The notes: generated by a model not told the origin, from the letters alone. A DNA stretch of 62,901 bases from Candidatus Azambacteria bacterium (GCA_016234725.1 JACRAK010000005.1:1-62901); one strand, 5' to 3'; shown: positions 42,890-52,282, counted from the stretch's first letter. Numbers and translations: made by a program.

Positions 42890-44944
42890 TTACAAAATTA
42901 CATACACAAGCAATACAAGCAACGCGACGAATATATACAGCACATACGCGTTGATGTTGCCGCTCTGGATCGTTTTAACGCGCTCGGAAAATTTCGTCAA
43001 CGCGACCTGCAACGGCTCATACAGATATGCCCGGTAAATATCACTGATGCCGAGCGTGATCGTCCGTGCTTTGGGGAAATACCTCGCCGTGGCATCGCGA
43101 TATTCTATGCCCGTCTGTTTCGTGGGCTTCAGTATCCCTTTGAATATCATAATGATCGAGCGCGAGAATGCGGTCGCGGTGATCTCTGCGCGGGACGTGG
43201 GCGGCGTACCGCAATCCCATGTTTCTCCGATGACCACTTTCTGTTTCCGGTATGCCGCGCGAAGCCCGAGCGCCGCGATGCATGCCGCGACAATGAACAT
43301 CATCGCGATCGCCGGCGCGGAAGCCGAAGCAAAACCGTTCTGCACGGATATCTGCTCGAGCGGCGAAACGGCGAACGGCAACTCTGCGGCGCCGAACTTT
43401 CCGATATCGCGCGCCACCCGTCCGATCGTCAAAGAAACGCTTCCGGAAAACACGCCGAACACCAGCGCGAGCAGCGCCAAAAACGCCATGCCTGTCCGCA
43501 TCGAAAACGAGGATTCTTTCGCGTGCCGCGCCTCCTCGCTCCGCGGCCGCGCAAGGAACACCGCGCCGACCGCTTTTACGAAACACGCGAGCGCGAGCCC
43601 GCCGGTGAGCGCGAGCGCCCCCACCGCCAGCACGAATATCCAGCTTGCCGCGCTCGGAAGCGCAAGAATGCCGCCAAAGAGTGCCTGGAATGTCAGCCAT
43701 TCGCTGAAAAATCCGTTGAACGGCGGGAGCGCGGAGATCGCCATGGAACCGATCAGGAAAAAGAACGCGGTCTGCGGCATCCGCTTGATAAGCCCGCCGT
43801 ATTCTTCGATGTTCCGGGTGTGCGTCGCAGACACCACCGCGCCGGCGCTTAAGAATAGGAGCGATTTGAATGTCGCGTGATTGAGCGTATGAAACAGCGC
43901 GGCGACGATGCCCAGCGCCGCAAGCGGCAGCATGCCGGAAGAAGAAAACACCATCGCGCTCCCCACGCCAAGCAAAATGATGCCGATATTCTCAATGCTG
44001 TGATACGCAAGCAGCCGCTTCAGATCGTGTTCGGTCAGCGCGTATAATACTCCCAAAAGCGATGAAACCGCTCCCAAAACAAGCACCGTCAGCCCCCACC
44101 ACAGCGGGATATCGGTGAAGACATCGAGGAAGATCTTTATCATCATGTAGATGCCGGTCTTGATCATGACGCCCGACATCAGCGCCGACACGTGCGACGG
44201 AGCCGCGGGGTGCGCATCGGGAAGCCAGATATGGAGCGGAATGATGCCCGCCTTGGTGCCGAATCCGGCAAGTGCGAGCACAAAAACGACGCTTGCCGCA
44301 AACGGGGGAATGGATGCGATATTGTGCGCGATCGCTGCAAATTGGAACGACCCGGTGAATTTATACATCACCAAAAACGCTAAAAGGATGAAAGCGGTGC
44401 CGATATGCGTCATCACGAAATACAAAAACCCCGCGCGCACGTTGCGGTGATCGTTGCGCTCATACACCACCAAAAAATACGAAGCGACGGACATGATCTC
44501 CCACGCAATGAGAAATACCAATGCGTTCGATGCAGACACGACCAAAAGCATCCCTGCGATGAAAAAATTATAGAAAAACCCGAGGGATCCGATGTTATAT
44601 TTCTTATAAAAATGCCTCACATACCCCATGCCATAGATCGAGCACAAAAAAGCGATCAGCGAGATGACAAAAATAAAGAACGCGGAAAGCTTATCAATAT
44701 GAAACGACACCGAAAGCAGCGGGAATGCCGCGCTGGCATCAACGATGTACTCGGGCGCACTCACCGCAGTGACCGCAAGAAGCGCGTAGACGATACCCCA
44801 CGCCGACCCGAGCACGGCGAACGCGTTGCTCCAGACATTGGCTGCCGTGTCGCTTTTTCTCAATGCCAGCGCGCCGACAGCGCCGATCGCAAATGAAGCG
44901 ATCAACGCGCCAAACCCGTATGAAGATAAGATCGCTTCTATCAT
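42890..44944 (-). CDS. HyfB / NuoL / MrpA-like antiporter-type membrane subunit
   Basis: 684 aa polytopic protein of the Proton_antipo_M type. Its start overlaps the stop of the NuoB-like gene. Confidence 0.8.
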   Translation of the reverse strand: MIEAILSSYGFGALIASFAIGAVGALALRKSDTAANVWSNAFAVLGSAWGIVYALLAVTAVSAPEYIVDASAAFPLLSVSFHIDKLSAFFIFVISLIAFLCSIYGMGYVRHFYKKYNIGSLGFFYNFFIAGMLLVVSASNALVFLIAWEIMSVASYFLVVYERNDHRNVRAGFLYFVMTHIGTAFILLAFLVMYKFTGSFQFAAIAHNIASIPPFAASVVFVLALAGFGTKAGIIPLHIWLPDAHPAAPSHVSALMSGVMIKTGIYMMIKIFLDVFTDIPLWWGLTVLVLGAVSSLLGVLYALTEHDLKRLLAYHSIENIGIILLGVGSAMVFSSSGMLPLAALGIVAALFHTLNHATFKSLLFLSAGAVVSATHTRNIEEYGGLIKRMPQTAFFFLIGSMAISALPPFNGFFSEWLTFQALFGGILALPSAASWIFVLAVGALALTGGLALACFVKAVGAVFLARPRSEEARHAKESSFSMRTGMAFLALLALVFGVFSGSVSLTIGRVARDIGKFGAAELPFAVSPLEQISVQNGFASASAPAIAMMFIVAACIAALGLRAAYRKQKVVIGETWDCGTPPTSRAEITATAFSRSIIMIFKGILKPTKQTGIEYRDATARYFPKARTITLGISDIYRAYLYEPLQVALTKFSERVKTIQSGNINAYVLYIFVALLVLLVYVIL

Positions 44945-45492
44945 AGTGTTTTCTTTATCGCATGGGATGCACGCTCGTCGTTGGCCTCCAATATCTTCAA
45001 TATATGACTGAGGATCGTTTTTGGCGACGGAGGGTCTCCGGGAATATGATACTGCACCGGAACGGTATGTTCCGCGCCGTCGGTTGTCGCATACGACCCT
45101 TTAAAAATGCCGCCGTCGATCGCGTCATCGCCGACCGCCACCACGATCTTGGGCTCCGGCATACAGTCGTATGCTTTTTTGAGCGCTTCCTGCATGTTGC
45201 GCGTGACGGGTCCCGTCACCATCAGCATGTCTGCGTGCTTGGGAGAAGCGACAAAATGGACGCCGAACCGATCGACATCGTAGAACGCATTCCCCAGCGC
45301 GACGAGTTCCTGCTCTGCGGCGTTATCGGACCCCGCATCCACCATCCTGATGGCGAGCGATCCGCGAAACAGCTTTTTCACTTTTTCATGTATCGCTTCG
45401 CCGACCGCGACCATCTCTCCGTCGCGCATAAATGCGTCTAGAGGAATGACCTTGTTTTCCGTAGAGAAAATTTTAAATAAAAGTTTCAACAT
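44941..45492 (-). CDS. NuoB / HycG-like small subunit lacking all four [4Fe-4S] cysteine ligands
   Basis: The fold-defining stretch DRFGVHFVASPKHADMLMVTGPVT is conserved. The ligand positions read VDAGSDNAAEQE, VAVGDDAIDGG and IPGDPPSP, where the canonical sequences carry Cys (..C..C.., G.C, CPP). Confidence 0.8.
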   Translation of the reverse strand: MLKLLFKIFSTENKVIPLDAFMRDGEMVAVGEAIHEKVKKLFRGSLAIRMVDAGSDNAAEQELVALGNAFYDVDRFGVHFVASPKHADMLMVTGPVTRNMQEALKKAYDCMPEPKIVVAVGDDAIDGGIFKGSYATTDGAEHTVPVQYHIPGDPPSPKTILSHILKILEANDERASHAIKKTL

Positions 45493-45508
45493 ATGGGTTA
45501 TATATGGG

Positions 45509-46402
45509 CTATGCCATCGCTTCGGCCGCAGAACTGATCTCGGCGATCTCTTGCGTGATGCTCTGCTGGCGCGACTGATTATAATGCGACACGAGGTCTC
45601 CCAGAAGCTCTTCGGAATTTTTCGTCGCGTTATGCATCGCGATCATGCGTGCCGAATGCTCGGATGCATTCGATTCAAGCACCGTCTGATACAATTGCAT
45701 TTCCATCAATTGCGGAACCACCGCCTCAAGCACCTCCTCAGCCGACGGCTCGAATGAAAAGCGCCGCGCGCTCACCGCCTTCTGTTTCTGTGCGGATACG
45801 AAAAGTTCCCTTGCCGACAATAATTCGCTTTTCTCGATGGGAAGCAGCTGCTTGATCGCCGGCATCTGGGACGTAGACGAAAGAAAACGGTTGAACGCCA
45901 CGAAAACGGTATCCCGTTTCTCGGCGCGAAGCTCGTCAAAAAGAATGCGTACCGCGGGCCGCACCTCCACCACATGCGGGAGATTATCAAGCCGCGAGAA
46001 CGCGGCGACCACTTCTCGCCCCGTGCGCCGCGCGTAATCCGCGGCGGTTTTCCCGATGGTAATAAATGCGAATTTTTTCTTGGAGTTCGCGTCCAGGAAT
46101 TTTTCAAGAAAGCGGAACAGATTGCCGTTCAGGCCGCCGCACAGCCCTCGGTCGGACGACACCACCACGATGATACCTTCGCCTGTCGCTCTGGGACGCA
46201 AAAGAAAATGATCTTTGTTCTCTATTTTCTCGATCGCCTCGACCAAGATCTCCCACGCCTGCGCCGCATACGGCCGGGTGCCGAGCGCTTTATCCTGCGC
46301 TTTTTTCATTTTCACCGCCGCGACAAGCTCCATCGCGCGCGTGATCTTCTTCGTCGCTTTAACGCTCTTGATGCGCCGTTTGATTTCCTTGATCTTTGCC
46401 AT
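45509..46402 (-). CDS. atpG: F1 ATP synthase gamma subunit
   Basis: MAKIKEIKRRIKSVKATKKITRAMELVAAVKMKKAQ... 297 aa. Confidence 0.95.
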   Translation of the reverse strand: MAKIKEIKRRIKSVKATKKITRAMELVAAVKMKKAQDKALGTRPYAAQAWEILVEAIEKIENKDHFLLRPRATGEGIIVVVSSDRGLCGGLNGNLFRFLEKFLDANSKKKFAFITIGKTAADYARRTGREVVAAFSRLDNLPHVVEVRPAVRILFDELRAEKRDTVFVAFNRFLSSTSQMPAIKQLLPIEKSELLSARELFVSAQKQKAVSARRFSFEPSAEEVLEAVVPQLMEMQLYQTVLESNASEHSARMIAMHNATKNSEELLGDLVSHYNQSRQQSITQEIAEISSAAEAMA

Positions 46403-46405
46403 AGA

Positions 46406-47908
46406 CTAATGTTCCCGCTTCTTGAATTCGCCGATCATGGACCGCAGTTCCGCCTCGATGTCGCCGCTGATCTTTTCTGCCGCAGCGATCTTTCCAAACA
46501 CATCCGGATGCACCGTTTGTGCGAATTGCAAAAGGTCTTTCTCGAATTTCCGCACTTTCGCGGGAGCGATATCGTCGGTAAGACCGGAGGTCACCGCAAA
46601 GATCGCAAGCACCTGTTCTTCGGTCGGCATCGGCTCGTTCTGATCTTGTTTGAGCAATTCCACCAGCCGTTTTCCGCGCTCCAGCCGCATTTTGGTCTGT
46701 TCGTCGAGGTCCGCTTCGAATTGCGCGAATGCCGCAAGCTCCCAATATTGCGCAAGCTCCAGCCGCATCTTCCCTGCAACGCTTTTCATCGCTTTGGTCT
46801 GCGCGGAAGAGCCGACGCGCGACACCGAAAGCCCCGCATTGATCGCGGGCCGCATGCCGGCGTAGAACATGTCGGTATCAAGATAGATCTGCCCGTCGGT
46901 AATGGAAATGACATTGGTCGGGATATATGCGGACACATCGCCCCCCTGCGTCTCAATGATGGGAAGCGCGGTCAAGCTGCCGCCGCCGTGTTCTTTGCTC
47001 AAGCACGCCGCGCGCTCAAGCAGGCGCGAATGAAGATAAAATACGTCGCCGGGATACGCCTCGCGGCCGGGCGGACAGCGCAACAACAGCGAGATCTGGC
47101 GATACGCCCACGCATGCTTTGAAAGGTCGTCGTACACGACGAGCACGTCCTTGCCCTGCGCCATGAAATATTCTCCCATGGCCGTCGCCGCATACGGTGC
47201 GAGATATTGCAGCGCCGCGGATGACGACGCGGACGCGTTCACCACGATCGTGTAATCCATCGCTCCGTGCTGTTCGAACAAACGCACGATCTTGGCCACC
47301 TTCGAATCCTTTTGCCCGACGGCGCAATAGACGCACACCACGTTGTCTCCTTTCTGATTTAAAATGGCATCGATCGCAATGGTCGTTTTTCCCGTCTGCC
47401 GGTCGCCGATGATAAGCTCGCGCTGGCCTCTCCCCACGGGAACCATCGCGTCGATCGCCTTGATGCCGGTCTTGAGCGGCGTCTTCACCGATTTGCGGGT
47501 GATCACGCCCGGCGCTATTTTTTCCACGACCATCGTTGCGTCGGCCGGGATCGCCCCGCGCCCGTCAAGCGGCTTCCCCAGCGGATCCACCACGCGCCCG
47601 ACGAACTTTTCTCCCGCGGGCACTTCAAGCACTTTCCCCGATGCGGTCACGCGGTCGCCTTCTTTAATATGCGCGAAGTCGCCGAGAATGATCGCGCCGA
47701 TCTCGTTCTCCTCAAGATTCATCGCGACACCCCAGGTATCTCCGGGAAAGCCGACCATTTCTGATGCCATGCACTCGGAAAGCCCCGCGATGCGCGCGAT
47801 GCCGTCGCGCACCTCGGTCACTACGCCCGTTTTTTGCACGGTCGTCCCTTCCTCGAATGCGCCTATCTCTTTCTTGATCTTTTCGATGATTGCTTTTGCT
47901 TCTTTCAT
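46406..47908 (-). CDS. atpA: F1 ATP synthase alpha subunit
   Basis: Walker A GDRQTGKT. 500 aa with full-length AtpA similarity. Confidence 0.95.
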   Translation of the reverse strand: MKEAKAIIEKIKKEIGAFEEGTTVQKTGVVTEVRDGIARIAGLSECMASEMVGFPGDTWGVAMNLEENEIGAIILGDFAHIKEGDRVTASGKVLEVPAGEKFVGRVVDPLGKPLDGRGAIPADATMVVEKIAPGVITRKSVKTPLKTGIKAIDAMVPVGRGQRELIIGDRQTGKTTIAIDAILNQKGDNVVCVYCAVGQKDSKVAKIVRLFEQHGAMDYTIVVNASASSSAALQYLAPYAATAMGEYFMAQGKDVLVVYDDLSKHAWAYRQISLLLRCPPGREAYPGDVFYLHSRLLERAACLSKEHGGGSLTALPIIETQGGDVSAYIPTNVISITDGQIYLDTDMFYAGMRPAINAGLSVSRVGSSAQTKAMKSVAGKMRLELAQYWELAAFAQFEADLDEQTKMRLERGKRLVELLKQDQNEPMPTEEQVLAIFAVTSGLTDDIAPAKVRKFEKDLLQFAQTVHPDVFGKIAAAEKISGDIEAELRSMIGEFKKREH

Positions 47909-47914
47909 ACCGTT

Positions 47915-48328
47915 TTATGCCGTCAATTGTTTTTTTAATTTTTCCAATTTTGTCCGCACGGTGCCGTCGATGATCATCTCGGGCGTGCGCACCGCAAGCC
48001 CTCCGATAAGAGAATCATCCACGGCAAAGCGCGCATCCACGTTTGCACTGTCTTTCTTTACCAATGCGGCGATCGCGCGGACCACTTCTTCCTTTTCTGC
48101 ATCCGCAAGCGCTGTGGCAGACACAACGTCCGCCGCCACAATACCTTTCTTTTTTTGTTCAATATTCGTAAGCTCCTTTTGAATTTTTGGCACCAATCCC
48201 TCAAGCCGGCGCGTGTGAAGATACGCGGCAAACGCCCGTGCAATGTCCGCCTCTTCTTTTTCGCTCTCTGCGCCCTGCACAAGCCCCCAAAGCGCCGCAG
48301 CGTATATGGCGTGTTTCTGGTGCTTCAT
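47915..48328 (-). CDS. atpH: F1 ATP synthase delta (OSCP) subunit, short form
   Basis: 137 aa. C-terminal DDSLIGGLAVRTPEMIIDGTVRTKLEKL is typical of OSCP. Position is between atpF and atpA. Confidence 0.8.
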   Translation of the reverse strand: MKHQKHAIYAAALWGLVQGAESEKEEADIARAFAAYLHTRRLEGLVPKIQKELTNIEQKKKGIVAADVVSATALADAEKEEVVRAIAALVKKDSANVDARFAVDDSLIGGLAVRTPEMIIDGTVRTKLEKLKKQLTA

Positions 48329-48330
48329 AT

Positions 48331-48816
48331 CTATGCGATCGTCTCCTTAATAAGGCGCTCGTGCCGTTCTTTGGTGATCTCTTCTTTCAGCACTTTTTCC
48401 GCCACCGCGATCGCGATGTCTCCCGCTTCCCGCTTGATCTCTGTCATCGCTTTGTCGCACTCCGCGCCGATCTCTTTTTTCGCCCGCTCAATAAGGCGCG
48501 CCGCTTCGTCGTTCGCTTTTTTCACAAGCCCGTCTTTCACTTTTTCCGCATCGTCGATCGCCTGCTCGATGATGGATTTCGCTTTCTCTTGCGCATGCTT
48601 CACCTCGCGCGCCGCGCGCTCGTCCGCTTCTTTCTGCGAGCGGGCGATCGCGTCCGCCTGCGCCATGCTTTCTTCTATTTTTTTCCGCCGCGCCTCCAAA
48701 ATACCGAGAAGCGGCTTATACAAAAACCGGTGCAGCACGAACAACAGGATCGAGAAATTCACGACCTGAAACAAAAACAACCGCCAATCGATCCCCAGTT
48801 TTGTGAAAATTTCCAT
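48331..48816 (-). CDS. atpF: Fo ATP synthase subunit b
   Basis: N-terminal TM helix LFLFQVVNFSILLFVL followed by a long charged helix. 161 aa. Confidence 0.85.
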   Translation of the reverse strand: MEIFTKLGIDWRLFLFQVVNFSILLFVLHRFLYKPLLGILEARRKKIEESMAQADAIARSQKEADERAAREVKHAQEKAKSIIEQAIDDAEKVKDGLVKKANDEAARLIERAKKEIGAECDKAMTEIKREAGDIAIAVAEKVLKEEITKERHERLIKETIA

Positions 48817-48872
48817 GCCAGTGCATCACTTGAAAGCCCTGCTCTCTTCCTAAAAATAAGATCCTGCGCGGG

Positions 48873-49142
<270 letters not shown>

Positions 49143-49198
49143 TTATATGATAACGATTGTCTTTTGTACCACGGTTTTGCAGAAAATGCAATACGGCG

Positions 49199-49951
49199 TC
49201 AATGCGCTTCTTCATGGTGCGTCGTCGCCACCTTCACGAAAATGAGCATAAGGCCGGCGAATATCGTCGCCTGAATGAGTCCCACCATCACCTCAAACAG
49301 CATGAACGGCACAGGCAAAAATAGCGGCATAAAATAGCTCATCACCAAAATAAGCACTTCGCCCGCAAAAATATTCCCAAACAGCCGGAACGAGAACGAA
49401 ACCAGCCGCGCCGCTTCGCTTATCGCCTCGATAAGGCCGATGAAAAACAAAAGGGGGCTTTTCAGATTGACGAACTTCTTCGCGTAATTCCACCCGCCGA
49501 TGACCGCGACCCCCATCGTTTGCACCATGATCACCGCAATGACAGAAAGCGCGATCGTGACATTCAGGTCGGTATTCACCGAACGCAGAAACGGCACCGT
49601 ATGTTCGCCGTTAAAAAAGGTGACGCTCCCGACGCCGGGAAGGAATTCCATCCAATTCGCCGTCACCACGAACAAAAACACCGTAACGATGAACGGAAAC
49701 ACCTTCATTGCAAGCTTTCGGTCGCCAAGCACCTCTTCCATCACCCCAAGCGCCGACTCCATCACCAGCTCGACGACATTTTGAATGCCCCGAGGAGAAG
49801 CAAACACAAGCTTTCTTCGCGCCACAAACGCAAGCGCGACAAGCACCGCCACCGCGCCCAATGAAGCGACGAGCGTATTGGTCACCGGCATGCCGAACAC
49901 ATCAAACAAGTGTTCCGGCGTAATAACGATTTCCAGTCCTTTTCCTTCCAT
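49199..49951 (-). CDS. atpB: Fo ATP synthase subunit a
   Basis: 250 aa. Conserved Arg region LVSFSFRLFGNIFAGE. Confidence 0.9.
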   Translation of the reverse strand: MEGKGLEIVITPEHLFDVFGMPVTNTLVASLGAVAVLVALAFVARRKLVFASPRGIQNVVELVMESALGVMEEVLGDRKLAMKVFPFIVTVFLFVVTANWMEFLPGVGSVTFFNGEHTVPFLRSVNTDLNVTIALSVIAVIMVQTMGVAVIGGWNYAKKFVNLKSPLLFFIGLIEAISEAARLVSFSFRLFGNIFAGEVLILVMSYFMPLFLPVPFMLFEVMVGLIQATIFAGLMLIFVKVATTHHEEAH

Positions 49952-49962
49952 AAAACGCCGCC

Positions 49963-49991
49963 AGTATACCGCACATCAGCGCGTTTCACAA
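49963..49991 (-). promoter_or_regulatory. Candidate sigma70-type promoter of the atp operon (very short leader)
   Basis: Minus strand TTGTGA-N17-TATACT. The -10 element ends 11 nt before the atpB ATG, and no SD is present. Confidence 0.4.
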
Positions 49992-50007
49992 GAGTGCCGA
50001 AATTTTG

Positions 50008-50040
50008 AAAATCAAAACCCCGGGAACAAAATCCCGGGCC
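50008..50040 (-). terminator. Rho-independent terminator after the TrmB-like gene
   Basis: Minus strand CCCGGGA-ttttgt-TCCCGGG followed by GTTTTGATTTT. Confidence 0.55.
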
Positions 50041-50069
50041 TTCTTAAAAACCACCTGTATAACCGCTTC

Positions 50070-50831
50070 CTATCCCTGCTGATACTTCTCCGCGCCCTCC
50101 CATGCGAGCTCAAAGATCGCCCGCATCATATTGGCGAGCTCTCTGCTCTCAATAATAACGCCTCCCATTTTTTCTTTTAGAGAAGCCATGGCTATTCTAT
50201 CACCGTAAATAGAAATATCGCTGGTAAAAAGGAATTTTTCCTCAGGAATATATCTCGCCTCTCGCAAAAGTTCTTTACTGGTAGCCCCTTCAACGGGACC
50301 AGATTTGTGAGTGTAAATGACCCTGCTTTTAATATGTTTTTGAATTCTTTTATTGCCGTAATCCTTCTGCTGCTCAGGAAAATATTTAAACACCTGATCT
50401 AAAGATATAAAGCCCAATATCTCTTTCTGCGCGACCTCCAAAAACTCCGAGCGCATCGCTTGCAACCCCTCCATGCCTTCGTAATATCTGATTTTCGGTT
50501 TTTCTACTGATAAGTTATAAATGGATTCGAGCTGCGGGAGAACTTCCTTAAAAACGCTCTTCACTTCTTCGGCATCCTTTATTTTTTTATCAATGATTGC
50601 GCTTAAACTTTTTGGATCCTCCGCGGCAAAATATGTTTTTTTATCTTTCTCGATCTGTGTCATCAATCCTCTATTCAACAGTCCAGCGATAATGAAATAA
50701 GCGGTCGCCCTGTTGATCCCGGCCTTTTTTGCAATATTTTGCACCGGAGCATAGCCAAGTTCAAGAGCGGCCAAATACACTTTGACCTCCTTTTCATTTA
50801 ATCCAAATTTTTGCAGATCAAGTTCAAGCAT
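50070..50831 (-). CDS. TrmB-family transcriptional regulator
   Basis: N-terminal winged-helix LQKFGLNEKEVKVYLAALELGYAPVQNIAKKAGINRATAYFIIAGLLNRGL. Start trimmed to the ATG at 50831. Confidence 0.75.
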   Translation of the reverse strand: MLELDLQKFGLNEKEVKVYLAALELGYAPVQNIAKKAGINRATAYFIIAGLLNRGLMTQIEKDKKTYFAAEDPKSLSAIIDKKIKDAEEVKSVFKEVLPQLESIYNLSVEKPKIRYYEGMEGLQAMRSEFLEVAQKEILGFISLDQVFKYFPEQQKDYGNKRIQKHIKSRVIYTHKSGPVEGATSKELLREARYIPEEKFLFTSDISIYGDRIAMASLKEKMGGVIIESRELANMMRAIFELAWEGAEKYQQG

Positions 50832-50863
50832 AGTATTACTATTATGATATATCACCTTCATAT

Positions 50864-50994
50864 ATAAAAAAAGATGCCCCGTTCTCTCATTTGAGAGAAC
50901 GGGGCATACTACTTGCATCATTCGATGCTTCCGCGGCAAAAATTTCTTGCCGCGGATCCAAAATATCCACTTTTTTTCCTTACCAGGTTCCCAT
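50864..50994 (-). promoter_or_regulatory. Candidate attenuator: mini-ORF plus three hairpins including a strong terminator, upstream of the TrmB-like gene
   Basis: Minus strand: AAGGAGG-N6-ATG GGA ACC TGG TAA (50994-50980). Then CCGCGGCAA..TTGCCGCGG (50955-50931), GCATC..GATGC (50927-50914), and the 15 bp stem ATGCCCCGTTCTCTC/GAGAGAACGGGGCAT plus a U-run (50906-50864). Confidence 0.5.
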
Positions 50995-51222
50995 TTTCAA
51001 CCTCCTTTCTGGTATTCGGAGTTTTTTGCATCCCATAAACCCTCGCATGACCGCAAAACCGTCAGCAAGGGCCCAACAGCGGTAATTGCTTACCAACTGT
51101 TCATGGGACACCTCCGTGTCTGGAGAAGGGGTCCGCCCTTCAAACGGTTTAGGGATATCCCCAAAATTATTAAATCTATATATTTTCAAGGAGCAAAAGC
51201 TCCAATAGTCAATTGTTTTGCC

Positions 51223-51250
51223 ATTATATCAAACCTACATATTTTGTCAA
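51223..51250 (-). promoter_or_regulatory. Near-consensus sigma70 promoter with overlapping palindromic operator
   Basis: Minus strand TTGACA-N16-TATAAT. The -35 element is half of TGCCAA-N6-TTGACA (plus strand 51245-51262). Confidence 0.6.
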
Positions 51251-51333
51251 GACCCGTTGGCACATATTTCAATAAAATGGTCAAAAATCCACTATTTTAC
51301 AATGTTTTCAAGCTTTATAATGCGTCATCCATT

Positions 51334-51370
51334 ATAAAAAAAACAGCTCTTTCGTTATGAAAAAGCTGTT
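51334..51370 (-). terminator. Rho-independent terminator ending the small-ORF array
   Basis: Minus strand AACAGCTTTTT-cataacg-AAAGAGCTGTT followed by TTTTTTTAT. Confidence 0.6.
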
Positions 51371-51380
51371 TCGGTGAGGA

Positions 51381-51542
51381 TTATTCATATCTTCCTCCTT
51401 TTTTGGCTTCGCGGAGAAGCCGTTTGTTGTCGGCGCGCTTGTACCCCTTATCACCCTTGGTGGTGCTCTGCGCGCCGCCGCCATGATGGCGGAGCTTCTG
51501 ATATATGCTCTCGGGAATTCGCAGCCAGATCTTTTTCTTCAT
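51381..51542 (-). CDS. Small basic protein (53 aa), not in the supplied ORF track
   Basis: MKKKIWLRIPESIYQKLRHHGGGAQSTTKGDKGYKRADNKRLLREAKKGGRYE. SD AAGGAG 8 nt upstream. The start overlaps the upstream stop (TAATG). Confidence 0.45.
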   Translation of the reverse strand: MKKKIWLRIPESIYQKLRHHGGGAQSTTKGDKGYKRADNKRLLREAKKGGRYE

Positions 51543-51736
51543 TATTCTCTCTCCTTTTCTGATAATGTTATCTGAACTTTATGTACAACTCCATTTATTT
51601 CCAGCTCTTTCTCCTCCTGATTAAACGAAATTGAACTTACTTCTATTCCGGACATTTCAAATACTGCACTAAAATACTCTATCTGAACATCAGCGTATTT
51701 ATTTTCACCTTTTTTAAAGAAAACTGCTTTCTTCAT
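51542..51736 (-). CDS. Small hypothetical protein (64 aa)
   Basis: Strong SD AAAGGAGG 4 nt upstream of the ATG. Confidence 0.55.
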   Translation of the reverse strand: MKKAVFFKKGENKYADVQIEYFSAVFEMSGIEVSSISFNQEEKELEINGVVHKVQITLSEKERE

Positions 51737-51773
51737 GGAACCTCCTTTGATTAAAGGTTGTTTTGCTGTGAAT

Positions 51774-51813
51774 CCCCGCCTTAATTTTCACTCATGTAAA
51801 AACTAAGGCGGGG
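51774..51813. repeat. ATCCCC...GGGGAT hairpin family, copy f
   Basis: aatCCCCGCCTTA-N20-TAAGGCGGGGag. Adjacent second hairpin GAGATAAGTG-tttt-CACTTATCTC. Confidence 0.6.
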
Positions 51814-51859
51814 AGATAAGTGTTTTCACTTATCTCTGCGTTGGAAGGATGTGGGAAAG

Positions 51860-52282
51860 TTAATCTATAACGACTTGGGCATATTTTGCGCCCGAGTGCC
51901 GTTTCCCGATCAGGCGGCCAATCGTACTTTCAAGTTCGCCGGCCACGAGCTGGTGACGTCCATCTTTGAGCGCTCGTGATATCTTTATCAGGTCGCCGAT
52001 CAAGAAAGAAAGTTCATCTCGAGAAAAAGCGTGATCCACTCCGGCTCTAAACGCTTGCTCTATGATGTGCCTGATAGCGCCGGCGAAAGAATCATCGCCA
52101 TCACCAACGTCCATTAAAGCGCGAAGCGCCTTCATGCTTATTTCTGAAACAAAATGGTCGTCCTCTTCTGCAAATTCTAAGACCGCGACGCACGGCAGAT
52201 CATGGTTGTCGTCAGCGGCAACCCTTACAAAAAAATCCAGATTTCCTTCGTGATCCTCAGACCTTTCGATCGCAAACTTCAT
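51860..52282 (-). CDS. Hypothetical acidic protein (140 aa)
   Basis: SD AAGGAGG 5 nt upstream of the ATG at 52282. The ORF-track N-terminal extension is rejected. Confidence 0.6.
   Translation of the reverse strand: MKFAIERSEDHEGNLDFFVRVAADDNHDLPCVAVLEFAEEDDHFVSEISMKALRALMDVGDGDDSFAGAIRHIIEQAFRAGVDHAFSRDELSFLIGDLIKISRALKDGRHQLVAGELESTIGRLIGKRHSGAKYAQVVID

Noticed and set aside
38049-45492. Annotating the module as a functional [NiFe] hydrogenase (Hyf/Hyc/Ech) or as NADH dehydrogenase.
   Set aside because: All NiFe-ligating and Fe-S-ligating cysteines are substituted. There are no ferredoxin-like subunit, no maturation genes and no NADH-input genes, so a redox function is not supported by the sequence.
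50947-51360. 137 aa plus-strand ORF and 69 aa minus-strand ORF in the TrmB leader region.
   Set aside because: Neither has a recognisable motif. The plus-strand ORF runs against the promoter and terminator signals found on the minus strand. The minus-strand ORF needs a TTG start and contains a strong SD four codons before its stop. The region is treated as a regulatory leader with low certainty.
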